From the NCBI GenBank assembly GCA_040905715.1, contig JBBDRA010000003.1, positions 395,095-459,094 on the forward strand: a stretch of DNA of 64,000 bases, written 5' to 3'. This DNA is from Minisyncoccota bacterium. Its GTDB lineage: Bacteria; Patescibacteriota; Minisyncoccia; Phycocordibacterales; CSBR16-193. Below the pieces are notes generated by a model. It saw nothing but the letters and a program-made list of their open reading frames with translations, did not search any database and was not told the origin of the DNA. Positions 17,879-27,898 of this stretch are shown piece after piece. A program made the translations under genes and the position numbers. Position 1 is the stretch's first letter. Every line of letters begins with the position of its first letter.

Positions 17879-18508
17879 TTACCTTTTTGCACCACTCTCT
17901 TCAAGCCACGGAATCGAGTGGTCAAAGAACTTCTCAAAACTTGAGCGTTGATACAGTAGCCGTGACAACGACTCCGCTTCCCAAACGGCGCCATTAAGCG
18001 AGTTGTGCGGATGAGGCTCGGCTGGAATACCAACGTATTTGTAGATATCCTCACCTCGAAGTTTTGAAAAGCCATTTTCAGACACCGGAGGCGCTACGCC
18101 ACGCGCTACCATGTGTGCGTAGCAAACAGAGTGGAGATCCACAATGCGTTTTGGCACAACGCTCCCCGACTCAAGACCAACCGTGATCCCGCCCCGCCTT
18201 GCTGCAGCCATAATAAATAGAAGATCAAAATGATGATTAAGTCCACCAAAAACATAGTCATTTTGTTGAGCAAGCCACTCTGAGAACTTCGCGATAAGCT
18301 GTGCATCACTGCACTTCTCCTCATCCATAATCTCGTCTCGGGTAAAACCATTCACATTGAGCGCCTCCTGATGTATCTCAGCCCCATTCCAAACCCGACA
18401 CTCCATATAAAAGGTCTTATTGGTATCTACCAAGGAAACCGCCCCGAGAGACACAATGCTCGATCGATCTGGATCAAGTCCGGTTGTTTCGATATCAAGA
18501 ACTATCAT
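17879..18508 (-). CDS. DEDDh-family 3'-5' exonuclease (DnaQ/RNase T-like)
   Basis: Exo I VLDIETTGLD, Exo II FGGLNHHFDLLFI, and Exo III HNSLNGAVWEAESL motifs. Confidence 0.7.
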   Translation of the reverse strand: MIVLDIETTGLDPDRSSIVSLGAVSLVDTNKTFYMECRVWNGAEIHQEALNVNGFTRDEIMDEEKCSDAQLIAKFSEWLAQQNDYVFGGLNHHFDLLFIMAAARRGGITVGLESGSVVPKRIVDLHSVCYAHMVARGVAPPVSENGFSKLRGEDIYKYVGIPAEPHPHNSLNGAVWEAESLSRLLYQRSSFEKFFDHSIPWLEESGAKR

Positions 18509-18546
18509 TTGCTACTACGTATGTGATACGTTACATCTAATAAAAA

Positions 18547-18816
18547 TTACTGATACGACAACGTGCGCCTTACCCTCTCGCTGAATCGCACTGCTTTCAC
18601 CCGAACATATGCATACTGCCTGCCAATGAGCGGGTATCGAACAAGAAAACTGTCTCGCTTATGAGCAAGCCATGGCCAGCGCAAAGACAGAATGCTAAGC
18701 CCAATGATAATAAACAATACTCCTTGCAAAATAGGTAAGACAAGGCCAATAACACCGATGAGGAGACACAAGATCCCGCTTACATATATACCTATTGTTT
18801 TAACTGATGCTTTCAT
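18547..18816 (-). CDS. Small inner-membrane protein (DUF454/YbaN-like)
   Basis: 89 aa with two TM helices; GLVLPILQGVLFIIIGLSILSLRWPW resembles the YbaN family. Confidence 0.35.
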   Translation of the reverse strand: MKASVKTIGIYVSGILCLLIGVIGLVLPILQGVLFIIIGLSILSLRWPWLAHKRDSFLVRYPLIGRQYAYVRVKAVRFSERVRRTLSYQ

Positions 18817-18819
18817 ATA

Positions 18820-19182
18820 TTAATTATCCAAACCCGGGCAGTTTTTTGCCGGCGTATATCCAGACCGTCGCGCCTCCTCTTCTGTAGCAAATGAGATCTT
18901 GTTCTGATCTGCTATTCTGGAAGCGCCTGAACACCAGGCAAAGTGAAATATGTCAGAATTCTTAGAAGCCACGTATAACCCGACATCACCTTCACCTTTT
19001 GCCGGAACCGTTCTCTCGATAGTCGGTTCTATGTGTACACTGTCACTCCCGGCCAACCAGCCAAGCGCAAACGATGAAAGCCCGACGCACGCAATTATCA
19101 GCGCTACAAGTGCAGACTGCGAAAGCAGGGTCGACCTTACAGGCAATGTGCGTGACTTGGTTTCTTCAGTATAGGGTCGCAT
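18820..19182 (-). CDS. Membrane-anchored protein with Ada-like Zn-binding domain
   Basis: TM helix, then IFHFAWCSGASRIADQNKISFATEEEARRSGYTPAKNCPG, which matches the Ada_Zn_binding pattern (C..A.RI...N..F...EEA...GY.P.K.C.P). Confidence 0.4.
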   Translation of the reverse strand: MRPYTEETKSRTLPVRSTLLSQSALVALIIACVGLSSFALGWLAGSDSVHIEPTIERTVPAKGEGDVGLYVASKNSDIFHFAWCSGASRIADQNKISFATEEEARRSGYTPAKNCPGLDN

Positions 19183-19447
19183 CGAGATCTCGTGTTACAG
19201 TATACAGGACTCAGGTTTGCTGATAAAGCTTATCTTCTTGATTTATATAAATTTTCTTTGAGAACCAGATATGCTACGCTCCCAAGAGCTAAAAATCGCT
19301 TGCAAAAAACTCGTCTTCTTGGCGTTTTCTTCGAAAACGTCCGCGAAGCGAATTTAAGCTTTTTTGGATAACGAACGTTCCATACTACCAGAGCACTGCT
19401 TGTATTTCTAATTCACAGCAAAGCTGTTCATAAGAAAACAATGGAGC

Positions 19448-19475
19448 TTGCAAAAAACTCAAATTCGTATATACT
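19448..19475 (+). promoter_or_regulatory. Putative sigma70 promoter of rpmA
   Basis: TTGCAA, 16-nt spacer, TATACT, about 30 nt before the rpmA ATG. Confidence 0.4.
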
Positions 19476-19508
19476 CGTTTTTAAATAGTATCATAGTAGT
19501 AGCAATAT

Positions 19509-19793
19509 ATGGCACACAAAAAAGCAGGTGGATCTACAAATAACACACGAGATTCAAATCCAAAATATCTCGGTATTAAGAAAAACCACGGTGAAAAGGT
19601 TCGCCCGGGGCATATTTTAGTACGTCAGCGAGGCACAAAATTCGTGCCAAGCGACAATGTTGGTATCGGTACTGACCACACTCTCTTTGCACTCGTTCCT
19701 GGAATCGTACGTTACTTCGAGCGACGCAAGAAGCGTTTCGACAATACAACCTCACGAAAGAAATTTATAGCTATTGACGAGACTACCGTATAG
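19509..19793 (+). CDS. rpmA: 50S ribosomal protein L27
   Basis: [25 protein letters not shown]...[10 protein letters not shown]...DHTLFA is the canonical L27 sequence. Confidence 0.9.
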   Translation: MAHKKAGGSTNNTRDSNPKYLGIKKNHGEKVRPGHILVRQRGTKFVPSDNVGIGTDHTLFALVPGIVRYFERRKKRFDNTTSRKKFIAIDETTV

Positions 19794-19830
19794 AACACAG
19801 TAGACCCGGACAGATAACAGGCAAACAAAC

Positions 19831-19865
19831 GAAAAAGACCTCGCACATGTGCGAGGTCTTTTTCT
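19831..19865. terminator. Bidirectional intrinsic terminator (rpmA / rplI)
   Basis: GAAAAAGACCTCGCACATGTGCGAGGTCTTTTTC: 12-bp perfect stem with an A-run before and a T-run after. Confidence 0.65.
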
Positions 19866-19898
19866 ATATAATATAATATCTACCTTTGAATCAGATCG

Positions 19899-20363
19899 CT
19901 AAGCGGTAGTGGCTGCCTCTTCAGCAGCACTCACTACAACCGGAACCCCAAGTTCTTCCTCACCTACTGCCACCACGACCTTATACTCACCCACCTCCTT
20001 TACCTCCTTACCAACAGAGATCACTGACTCAGGTATTTCAACACCTGATCTTTCTGTAAGCGTCTGGGCGATATCAGCACTGTGAATGGCAGCAAAAAGG
20101 TGTCCCTTTTCATTAGCGGCAGCACTAAGAGTAATACCTGACTCCATAAGTGGCTTGAGAGCTGATTTTATAGCCTCAGAGCGCTCAGCAACAGCTACGG
20201 CATTCCTTTCGTGTCGTCTCTCAGCTTCGGCAAGGGCGCTCATGGTCGCAACCTCAGCCCGTTTCTGCGGAACGAGAAAATTAAGTGCGTAGCCTTTTGC
20301 CACCTCAATAATATCTCCTTTTCGGCCTAATTTTTTAACGTCTGTGGTAAGGATAACTTTCAT
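19899..20363 (-). CDS. rplI: 50S ribosomal protein L9
   Basis: MKVILTTDVKKLGRKGDIIEVAKGYALNFLVPQKRA is the L9 N-domain; alanine-rich acidic tail. Confidence 0.85.
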   Translation of the reverse strand: MKVILTTDVKKLGRKGDIIEVAKGYALNFLVPQKRAEVATMSALAEAERRHERNAVAVAERSEAIKSALKPLMESGITLSAAANEKGHLFAAIHSADIAQTLTERSGVEIPESVISVGKEVKEVGEYKVVVAVGEEELGVPVVVSAAEEAATTA

Positions 20364-20563
20364 GATGTGTTATTAGTTCAGTTATATTGTGATTCTATAC
20401 TACACAGGAAACAGTAAAAGTAAACCCTAAAATGTATTTTAAAGCACTTTAGAGTTTGCTGTAACTACGCCTGCCTGCCGGCAGAGGCAGGCTTTCAACC
20501 GCTCCTCGCTGGTTGCAGTAAAGCTATACAACTCTACAGAACTCTCCTAACCTCCCGGCTTAA

Positions 20564-21796
20564 TTACTGATTAAGCAACTCAATAGCCTTATCCATCTGC
20601 GGGTCTACACCCTGCTGATACTGCTCCGGTGTACGCTCCACCTCGATCTGTGGAGTAAGGCCGGCTTCTGAGATCGAGTTTCCGCCTGGGGTTACCCATT
20701 GGGCAATCGTTACTTTTAGCGATGTTTTCGGATTACTTGTTATCTGCACCAATTCCTGAACCGACCCCTTTCCGAATGTTTGAGTACCTACAAGAGTTGC
20801 TTTTCCGTGCTCACTCAAAGCTCCGGCAAGAATTTCTGAGGCAGACGCAGACCCTCCATCTACGAGTATCGCTATTTCAACATCGTCGTCTACCACATTG
20901 TATCCTTTGCTTCGCCAAACCTGATCTTCACGTTTGTCTCCATAGTCTTCGCGAACAACAACACTTCCTTCCGGAAGAAAGTGGCTTGCCATGTCTACTG
21001 CTGCGGTAAGAAAGCCGCCCGGATTCTGACGTACATCAATGATTAACTTATCACTACCACTTTCGATAAAGCTTTTCATGCTCTGCCGAAAAAGCGAAGC
21101 AGATGGTTCAGAGAAATTATACAGCTCGATCACGTAAATACCGTCATTGCGCTCATACGCATTGATCGTCGGAATATCGATCGCGTCTCGAACCACAGGT
21201 ATTGTGAGCGGCTCTTCTTCTCCCTCGCGGATGATCGTAAATGTCACCGTAGTCCCTTTCTCGCCACGAATGATCTGCACCGCTTCATCCACAGCCATAT
21301 CTTGGGTAGACCTACCATCAATTTCAACGATCATATCTTGAGACTGAATACCCGCTCGTTTTGCCGGTGTTCCTTCAAGCGGTGCAATTACCGTCAAGAC
21401 ACCGTCACGCATGCCAACCTCCATCCCTACCCCTTCGAAGTTGCCGCTAATATCTTCCTCGAACGACTTATTGTCCTTTGGTGGTAAGAAAACCGTATAC
21501 GGGTCACCGAGCGAAGATGTTAAGCCCTGAATAGAGCCCCACAACTTTTCTTCAGCGGTTATCGTGCTTTCTGAGGATGTTCCCGCAGGAACATACTTTT
21601 CATCAATTGATTTCCAAGCGCGCCAGTACGCACTGAAATCAACATCATCAGACTTGTCCTGAGTGATATTCTTTAAACCGTTCGCTCGGTCGTCGCTGTT
21701 TTGATACAGGCCAACATAAACTCCGGTTCCAAATGAAAAGACCATCAGTCCGAGAGCTATAACCACAGAGAGTGTTTGTTTCCCGTATTGACTCAT
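20564..21796 (-). CDS. ctpA: C-terminal processing peptidase (S41, CtpA/Prc-like) with PDZ domain
   Basis: TM anchor, PDZ region, and catalytic block LIIDVRQNPGGFLTAAVDMASHFL with S/K dyad context. Start placed at the internal Met (MSQYGKQ) to avoid overlap with divergent corA; the ORF track extends to 21919. Confidence 0.8.
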   Translation of the reverse strand: MSQYGKQTLSVVIALGLMVFSFGTGVYVGLYQNSDDRANGLKNITQDKSDDVDFSAYWRAWKSIDEKYVPAGTSSESTITAEEKLWGSIQGLTSSLGDPYTVFLPPKDNKSFEEDISGNFEGVGMEVGMRDGVLTVIAPLEGTPAKRAGIQSQDMIVEIDGRSTQDMAVDEAVQIIRGEKGTTVTFTIIREGEEEPLTIPVVRDAIDIPTINAYERNDGIYVIELYNFSEPSASLFRQSMKSFIESGSDKLIIDVRQNPGGFLTAAVDMASHFLPEGSVVVREDYGDKREDQVWRSKGYNVVDDDVEIAILVDGGSASASEILAGALSEHGKATLVGTQTFGKGSVQELVQITSNPKTSLKVTIAQWVTPGGNSISEAGLTPQIEVERTPEQYQQGVDPQMDKAIELLNQ

Positions 21797-21859
21797 ACAC
21801 ACATGACATTGCTCATAAGTAATCAACTTATGATACCATAAATACAAAGCACACCAACT

Positions 21860-22777
21860 ATGCGACGAGACTACCAACACAACGGCGTTACCTGGATCGA
21901 CCTTCATCAACCAACTCACGAGGAGTTGCGAGAACTGATGAACGAAATAATGCTGTCTCCGGATATTATTAATGACTTATCCACTCCTTCGCCGCGTCCA
22001 ACCACGGAATTACACGGCGACCTCTTATACACTGCGTTTCTTTTTCCCGCCTTTCAGCACACCCACAAAGAAGGTGGCACAAAGCAAGAAATAGACTTTG
22101 TGCTTACTCAAAACACACTCATCACTGTTCACTATGACACGATCGATGCTCTCCACAAGTTCGGCAAGATGGTCGAGACTCGATCGATACTCAATAACAA
22201 AACAAGTCCTTCTACAAGCAGCTCCCTCTTTTTTGCACTACTTAAAAAACTCTATAAATCGGTATACCACGAGATAGAATACGCCGAAGATTGGCTTGAT
22301 CGTACCGAGGACGATATTTTTTCCGGTCAAGAGCGCGAGATGGTCACTACACTTTCCCAGATCAATCGTCGCTTCCTTGATATTAGAAAAACGATCCACC
22401 TCCACGACGAGCAGCTCCGCTCTCTGAAAGACGCATCTCATCACGTTGATCAAAACGATTTCGCTCACAATATTGACTCTTTGCTTGAGGAATACAGCAA
22501 GATACAGGAAACGATCGTCCACGATCTGGCTCTTGTACGTGAGCTTCAGGACACGAACAATTCACTTGTCCGAACGAAACAAAACGAGAGCATGCAAACT
22601 CTAACCTCTATCGCCTACATCGCACTTCCGATCACGCTTGTTGCGTCTATCTTTGGAATGAACGCATCCAACATGCCTATCGTTGGCGCCGCGTATGATT
22701 TCTGGTTCATACTGAGCATTATGGCTGTTTCTGCAGCCGTTCTCTTCCTTACCTTTAGAGGTAAAGGGTGGTTATAA
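21860..22777 (+). CDS. corA: CorA-family Mg2+/Co2+ transporter
   Basis: Cytoplasmic N-domain, two C-terminal TM helices and the GMN signature (IFGMNASNMP). Confidence 0.8.
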   Translation: MRRDYQHNGVTWIDLHQPTHEELRELMNEIMLSPDIINDLSTPSPRPTTELHGDLLYTAFLFPAFQHTHKEGGTKQEIDFVLTQNTLITVHYDTIDALHKFGKMVETRSILNNKTSPSTSSSLFFALLKKLYKSVYHEIEYAEDWLDRTEDDIFSGQEREMVTTLSQINRRFLDIRKTIHLHDEQLRSLKDASHHVDQNDFAHNIDSLLEEYSKIQETIVHDLALVRELQDTNNSLVRTKQNESMQTLTSIAYIALPITLVASIFGMNASNMPIVGAAYDFWFILSIMAVSAAVLFLTFRGKGWL

Positions 22778-22811
22778 ATTATTTTTTCTATTTAATTACT
22801 AGAAAGAAGAA

Positions 22812-24284
22812 ATGCCCGTATTCGACCGCATCCTGTGGTATCATTTCCCTATGCTTACGCTATATAATGATCTGACAAACAAAAAGGAGGTATTCGAACC
22901 GCTCGATCCTCCACGAGTGACCATGTACAACTGCGGCCCGACCGTATACCACTATGCCCATATCGGTAATCTGCGCTCCTTTGTCTTTGCCGACACGCTA
23001 CGTCGTGCCCTGGAAAGCAACGGCTACACCGTTGACCAAGTTATCAACATTACCGATGTCGGTCATCTGACCGGTGACACTAACGATACCGGCGCTGACA
23101 AAATAGAAGCTCAAGCCAAAAGAGAGAACAAAACCGCAGAAGAGATAGCGCAATTCTACACCGACGCATTTCTTTGTGACCTTGATCATCTTGGTATTGA
23201 CCGGAATACCATTCGCTTCCCGATGGCGACCGCGCATATCGACCAGCAAATTGAACTCATCGAGCAACTAGAGAAAAAAGGAGTGACGTACGCTACCGAT
23301 GATGGCATTTACTTTGATACATCAGCCGCTGAGAACTATCCAAAACTTGGCACAATACAAGCGAGTGGTCTTCAGGCCGGAGCTCGAGTTGAGGAAAATA
23401 AACAAAAGCGACAACCGGCTGATTTTGCATTGTGGAAATTCTCCAAGACCAAAACACAACAGAGTGAAAAGCGGCTTCAAGAATGGAATTCACCATGGGG
23501 AGTAGGTTTTCCCGGCTGGCATCTTGAGTGTTCAGCAATGGCTATTCAATACCTAGGAGAGACCATTGATATTCACACCGGAGGAATCGATCTTGAGTTC
23601 CCTCACCACGCCAACGAGATCGCCCAGAGCGAATGCGCCACCGGTAAACCGTTCGCTCGCTACTGGCTTCACAGTGAACACCTTAATCTGAAGGGTGCAA
23701 AAATGGCCAAGTCTGATGGCAACATTATTACCCTTCAGGATCTGATACAAGACGGTATTCACCCTCTCTCGTACCGGTACTGGCTCTTGACCGCTCACTA
23801 CCGCTCACCGATCACATTTGACCCTGAAGCTGTCCTCGGAACCCAGCGAGCACTCGAACGGCTCAAGACACAGCTCGATCAACTCCCTCAGAAAGACACG
23901 GAGGGAAACACAAAGACTGACACGGTAGTACCGGAAGCATATCTGATCAAAATAACTGAAGCAATAAATGACGATCTTGACACGCCGACACTAACAGCTC
24001 TTATCTGGGAAACCCTCAAAGACACTGAACTAACCGGTATAGCAGAACGCTATACGGTTGAATACATTCTTGATCTCCTTGGCATTGACCTTGCTGACTT
24101 CTCCGGCAGAGAATCTATTGGCATTACCGAACTTCCTCCAGAAGTAGCTGAACTTGCACAGGAACGTGAAAACGCTCGTGCATCTAAAGACTTCGACCGT
24201 GCAGACAAACTCCGTGCAGATATTAAACAAGCCGGCTATGAGATCCACGACACCGAAACCGGACCTGAATTCACCCACGTCTAA
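22812..24284 (+). CDS. cysS: Cysteinyl-tRNA synthetase
   Basis: MYNCGPTVYHYAHIGN (HIGH region), zinc-site Cys residues, KMAKSDGN (KMSKS). Confidence 0.9.
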   Translation: MPVFDRILWYHFPMLTLYNDLTNKKEVFEPLDPPRVTMYNCGPTVYHYAHIGNLRSFVFADTLRRALESNGYTVDQVINITDVGHLTGDTNDTGADKIEAQAKRENKTAEEIAQFYTDAFLCDLDHLGIDRNTIRFPMATAHIDQQIELIEQLEKKGVTYATDDGIYFDTSAAENYPKLGTIQASGLQAGARVEENKQKRQPADFALWKFSKTKTQQSEKRLQEWNSPWGVGFPGWHLECSAMAIQYLGETIDIHTGGIDLEFPHHANEIAQSECATGKPFARYWLHSEHLNLKGAKMAKSDGNIITLQDLIQDGIHPLSYRYWLLTAHYRSPITFDPEAVLGTQRALERLKTQLDQLPQKDTEGNTKTDTVVPEAYLIKITEAINDDLDTPTLTALIWETLKDTELTGIAERYTVEYILDLLGIDLADFSGRESIGITELPPEVAELAQERENARASKDFDRADKLRADIKQAGYEIHDTETGPEFTHV

Positions 24285-24988
24285 ATAGTATTTATCTTCT
24301 CGAAAGAATCTGACGAGAAGTACTGCTCTGCCCTTTCGATATCTTCCGGGGAGGTCATTTGCATCCAAAACTGTGACTCAACCAATGCGATAAGATGACC
24401 GTCCTTTGCGGCAGACAAAATAGTTTGCGGCAACCCGTATTCATCCTTACCCGGTAATTTTACAAGATCGTACGAGAAAATATCTGGCTGCAACACGAAC
24501 ATACCAATGTTCACTGTTCCATTTTTCACCTGATGCACTCCCTCAACAATATCGGCAAGCGTACCGTCGTCATTCAACGTCACGCGACCTCCCCGCTCAA
24601 GATACGGCAGTGTCGTTACTCCCATTGACCAGCCATGCCCTAAAAGCGCTTCCATGTCCTGCCGACAGTAAATGTCATCGCCCATCATCACAAGAAAACG
24701 CTCAGTGAGATGCTCACGCGCCTTCCAAAGCGCTCCGCCGGTTCCGTCAAGCACATCAGTATGAACGTAGGTTATTTTGCGTCCGTCGTAGGAATCGCCA
24801 AAATGTGAGCGAACCTGGTCGCCGTGATATCCGACCACAAGCACCACCTCATCGATCTCACCGGGCATCATTGCTATTTTGTGCTCCAGCAATGTCTTTC
24901 CTGCAACCTGAAGCATGGGTTTCGGTGTATCCTCAGTCAAGTGAAGCATGCGTTTTCCGCGCCCGGCTGCAAGAATAACTGCTTTCAT
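24281..24988 (-). CDS. Sugar-phosphate nucleotidyltransferase (NTP_transferase fold)
   Basis: MKAVILAAGRGKRM (G-loop), GGALWKA, MMGDDIY motifs; substrate cannot be assigned. Confidence 0.65.
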   Translation of the reverse strand: MKAVILAAGRGKRMLHLTEDTPKPMLQVAGKTLLEHKIAMMPGEIDEVVLVVGYHGDQVRSHFGDSYDGRKITYVHTDVLDGTGGALWKAREHLTERFLVMMGDDIYCRQDMEALLGHGWSMGVTTLPYLERGGRVTLNDDGTLADIVEGVHQVKNGTVNIGMFVLQPDIFSYDLVKLPGKDEYGLPQTILSAAKDGHLIALVESQFWMQMTSPEDIERAEQYFSSDSFEKINTI

Positions 24989-25124
24989 ACGTGAAGGTAA
25001 GTGCTCATCTTATATACGGGTAACTATTCATCTATACTACCATATTTAAGCATGCGCACATCACACGCTACGCACAGAGTTCTGACTATACACATATTAA
25101 CCACACGCTCTCCCCCATCACTTT

Positions 25125-26564
25125 TTGAAAGCGTCATCCAGCATGGTAGGATACATACGACTTCATATGAGCACCACGGTAACTACACCCAAAAAAAGTA
25201 CGAGCGGACTGCGCGTCCCCCCGCAAAATATCGAGAGTGAACAAGCTTTGATCGGCTCTATTCTACTACGTCCGGAGGCCATGTACGAAGTGACCGATAT
25301 GGTAACCGCAAACTCTTTCTACGCCGATAAGCACCGCCTCATCTACGAGGCAATGATCGAGCTGTTTCAAAAACATGAACCGATCGACATGCTCTCGCTT
25401 TCAAACCGTCTCAAGGAAAAAGGTATACTTGACCAGATCGGTGGCAACGAGTATCTGACCGATCTCACAAACGCGGTCCCTTCCTCAGCCAACCTGAAAT
25501 ATTACGCCAAGTTAATACAGAAGAAATTCATGATGCGTGGTCTGATCGATGCTTCAGAGTTTATCGGTGCACTTGGGTACGATGACAACAGCGAACTCGA
25601 AGAGATCCTGGACAAGGCCGAAAAACGTATTTATGAACTCAGCAACGCTTCAGCAACGCACAAATTTGTTGAGATGAAGGACGAACTTACAGAGGCCTGG
25701 GAACGCCTCGACAAACTTCACAATTCAAAAGAAGATATTCGAGGTGTACCGACCGGCTTTCCAGCAATTGATAATACTATTGCCGGCCTACAGCCTTCTG
25801 ATCTTATTATTTTAGCCGCTCGTCCTTCCATGGGTAAGACCGCACTCGCACTTGATATCGCCCGCCAGGCTGCCGTTAACCATAATGTATCAGTTGGTAT
25901 CTTCTCACTCGAAATGAGCTCTCAGCAACTCGTAGACCGTATGCTCGCTGCCCAGGCTCTTGTTGATGCCTGGAAACTGCGTACCGGCAAACTCACCAGC
26001 GACGAGGATTTCAAATCGATTCAAGAATCCCTCGACAAGCTCTCTCGAGCACCTATCTATATTGACGACGAGGCAACCAACAACATCCTTAAGATGCGCT
26101 CTGTAGCCCGTCGGCTCAAGAGTGAAAAAGGGCTCGACCTTATCATCGTGGACTACCTGCAGCTTATGCAACCAATTGAATCACGAGGTAGCGACTCGAC
26201 CGTCCAGCAAATTACTGAGATCTCGCGAAGCTTGAAGCAGCTCGCACGTGAACTCGATGTGCCCGTTCTGGCTCTCTCTCAGCTTTCTCGTGCTGTTGAA
26301 CAGCGCGGCGGTCGACCGAAGCTATCTGACCTTCGTGATTCCGGTGCGATTGAGCAAGATGCCGATGTCGTGATGTTCATTCATCGTGAGAAGGGGCACG
26401 AGGCAGACGAGGACAACGACAACATTGCTGAAATCCTGATCGAAAAACACCGAAACGGTCCGACCGGTATCGCTCAGCTCCATTTCAATGACAAAAAATC
26501 TACCTTCCAGAGTATAGAGAAAGGTCAGTATGCCGGAGTCGAAGATGAATTCGCTAGCTTTTAA
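25125..26564 (+). CDS. dnaB: Replicative DNA helicase DnaB
   Basis: N-domain NIESEQALIGSILL; RecA core AARPSMGKTALALDIA (Walker A), IIVDYLQLM (Walker B), SQLSRAVEQR. The true start may be the internal Met at 25167. Confidence 0.9.
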   Translation: MKASSSMVGYIRLHMSTTVTTPKKSTSGLRVPPQNIESEQALIGSILLRPEAMYEVTDMVTANSFYADKHRLIYEAMIELFQKHEPIDMLSLSNRLKEKGILDQIGGNEYLTDLTNAVPSSANLKYYAKLIQKKFMMRGLIDASEFIGALGYDDNSELEEILDKAEKRIYELSNASATHKFVEMKDELTEAWERLDKLHNSKEDIRGVPTGFPAIDNTIAGLQPSDLIILAARPSMGKTALALDIARQAAVNHNVSVGIFSLEMSSQQLVDRMLAAQALVDAWKLRTGKLTSDEDFKSIQESLDKLSRAPIYIDDEATNNILKMRSVARRLKSEKGLDLIIVDYLQLMQPIESRGSDSTVQQITEISRSLKQLARELDVPVLALSQLSRAVEQRGGRPKLSDLRDSGAIEQDADVVMFIHREKGHEADEDNDNIAEILIEKHRNGPTGIAQLHFNDKKSTFQSIEKGQYAGVEDEFASF

Positions 26565-26610
26565 ATTAGACTCTACCGGCAGACAGAGTCTAATATCTAA
26601 CGTCTAACGC

Positions 26611-27240
26611 ATGTCTTCATTCGACAAACTTCAACAACTTCTTACAGAGCTTCCCGGCATTGGTCCACGTCAAGCGCAGCGTTTTGCTACTTTTCTTACC
26701 CGAAAAAACAGTGCCTACATCAATCAGCTTATACACGCACTGAATGATACCCGGTCGCACATGAAGCTCTGTACCGACAGCTATATGCTTTTTTATGCGA
26801 CAGACCCCAAACAAACACTTTCCCCTATTGCCCGCGATACCAATCGAGAAAAGAGTCAACTTCTCATTGTTGAAAAAGATGTTGACGTGACCCAGATCGA
26901 GCGAAGTAATTCGTATCACGGTCACTATTTCGTCATCGGCGGAACTGTTCCCTTTGTTGAATCAGATCCAAAGCAACAGATCCGTCTCAATGAGTTAAAA
27001 GCAGTGATCGAACGCAAAGTACCGGAAGGATTGAACGAGATAATACTCGGACTCTCAGCTACCCCTGAGAGCGAGCACACAGCAGCAATCCTCAAGGCAG
27101 AGCTTCAACCGATCGCTGAAAAAAATACCCTCACTATTTCCACACTCGGTCGCGGGCTTTCCACCGGTACCGAACTCGAGTACTCCGACGAGAATACGAT
27201 CAAATACGCGCTCAAAAATCGACAGTCTAGTGGTCAATAG
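26611..27240 (+). CDS. recR: Recombination protein RecR
   Basis: LPGIGPRQAQRFATFL HhH motif, C4 zinc finger region, Toprim (YFVIGGTV). Confidence 0.85.
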   Translation: MSSFDKLQQLLTELPGIGPRQAQRFATFLTRKNSAYINQLIHALNDTRSHMKLCTDSYMLFYATDPKQTLSPIARDTNREKSQLLIVEKDVDVTQIERSNSYHGHYFVIGGTVPFVESDPKQQIRLNELKAVIERKVPEGLNEIILGLSATPESEHTAAILKAELQPIAEKNTLTISTLGRGLSTGTELEYSDENTIKYALKNRQSSGQ

Positions 27241-27321
27241 CTACTTGATAATAGGTATCCCCACACTACGGTCGAAACTCCGACCCGAAGGGGTGTCAAC
27301 GTGGCATGTTGACACACAAAT

Positions 27322-27349
27322 GTCCTAACCCAGGGTTAGGACATTTTTT
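27322..27349 (+). terminator. Intrinsic terminator after recR
   Basis: GTCCTAACCCAGGGTTAGGACATTTTTTAT. Confidence 0.6.
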
Positions 27350-27353
27350 ATAC

Positions 27354-27376
27354 TAAAAAATCCGCTTCCGCGGATC
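27354..27376 (-). terminator. Intrinsic terminator after rplU (minus strand)
   Basis: Plus strand shows AAAAAATCCGCTTCCGCGGAT; on the minus strand this reads as stem ATCCGC/GCGGAT followed by a U-run. Confidence 0.55.
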
Positions 27377-27404
27377 CTTGCGCCTAAAGCCAAAAGCCTA
27401 ATGC

Positions 27405-27869
27405 CTATCTAATTGCTTCGATCTTCACCTTTATAAATTGCTGACGGTGTCCTTTCTGCTTGAAGTAACGACTCTTTGATTTATACTTGATAACATCTAC
27501 CTTCTTTGAGCGGCCTTTTGACTCGTAGATACCTTCAACTTTTGCTTTTTCAATAAATGGAGTACCGATCGTTGTGTCGCTTCCATTGTCAACAAAGAGT
27601 ACATTCTCAAATACTACTTTGTCTCCTTCTTTGAGCTCGTCGTTAAGCTTTTCAATAGTAATACTATCTCCCACAGCAACACTGTATTGCTTGCCACCAG
27701 TTTCGATAACCGCGAACTCGTCTGAGTTAGTCTTTGTTGCAGTCTTCTTCTTTGCTTCTTTTTTCGGGGCAGCTTTTTTTACAGCTGTCTTTTTAGAAGC
27801 TGTTTTGCTCGTTGATTTCTTGGTTGCTTTTGTCTTTTTCTCTGCCATATATGTCTCGCTATTGTACAT
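27405..27869 (-). CDS. rplU: 50S ribosomal protein L21 with ~50-aa lysine/alanine-rich N-terminal extension
   Basis: FAVIETGGKQYSVAVGDSITIEKL...GHRQQFIKVKIEAI is the L21 core, preceded by KKTKATKKSTSKTASKKTAVKKAAPKKEAKKK. Confidence 0.85.
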   Translation of the reverse strand: MYNSETYMAEKKTKATKKSTSKTASKKTAVKKAAPKKEAKKKTATKTNSDEFAVIETGGKQYSVAVGDSITIEKLNDELKEGDKVVFENVLFVDNGSDTTIGTPFIEKAKVEGIYESKGRSKKVDVIKYKSKSRYFKQKGHRQQFIKVKIEAIR

Positions 27870-27898
27870 ATTCCCTCAAAAAACGCAACATCTCGCCT

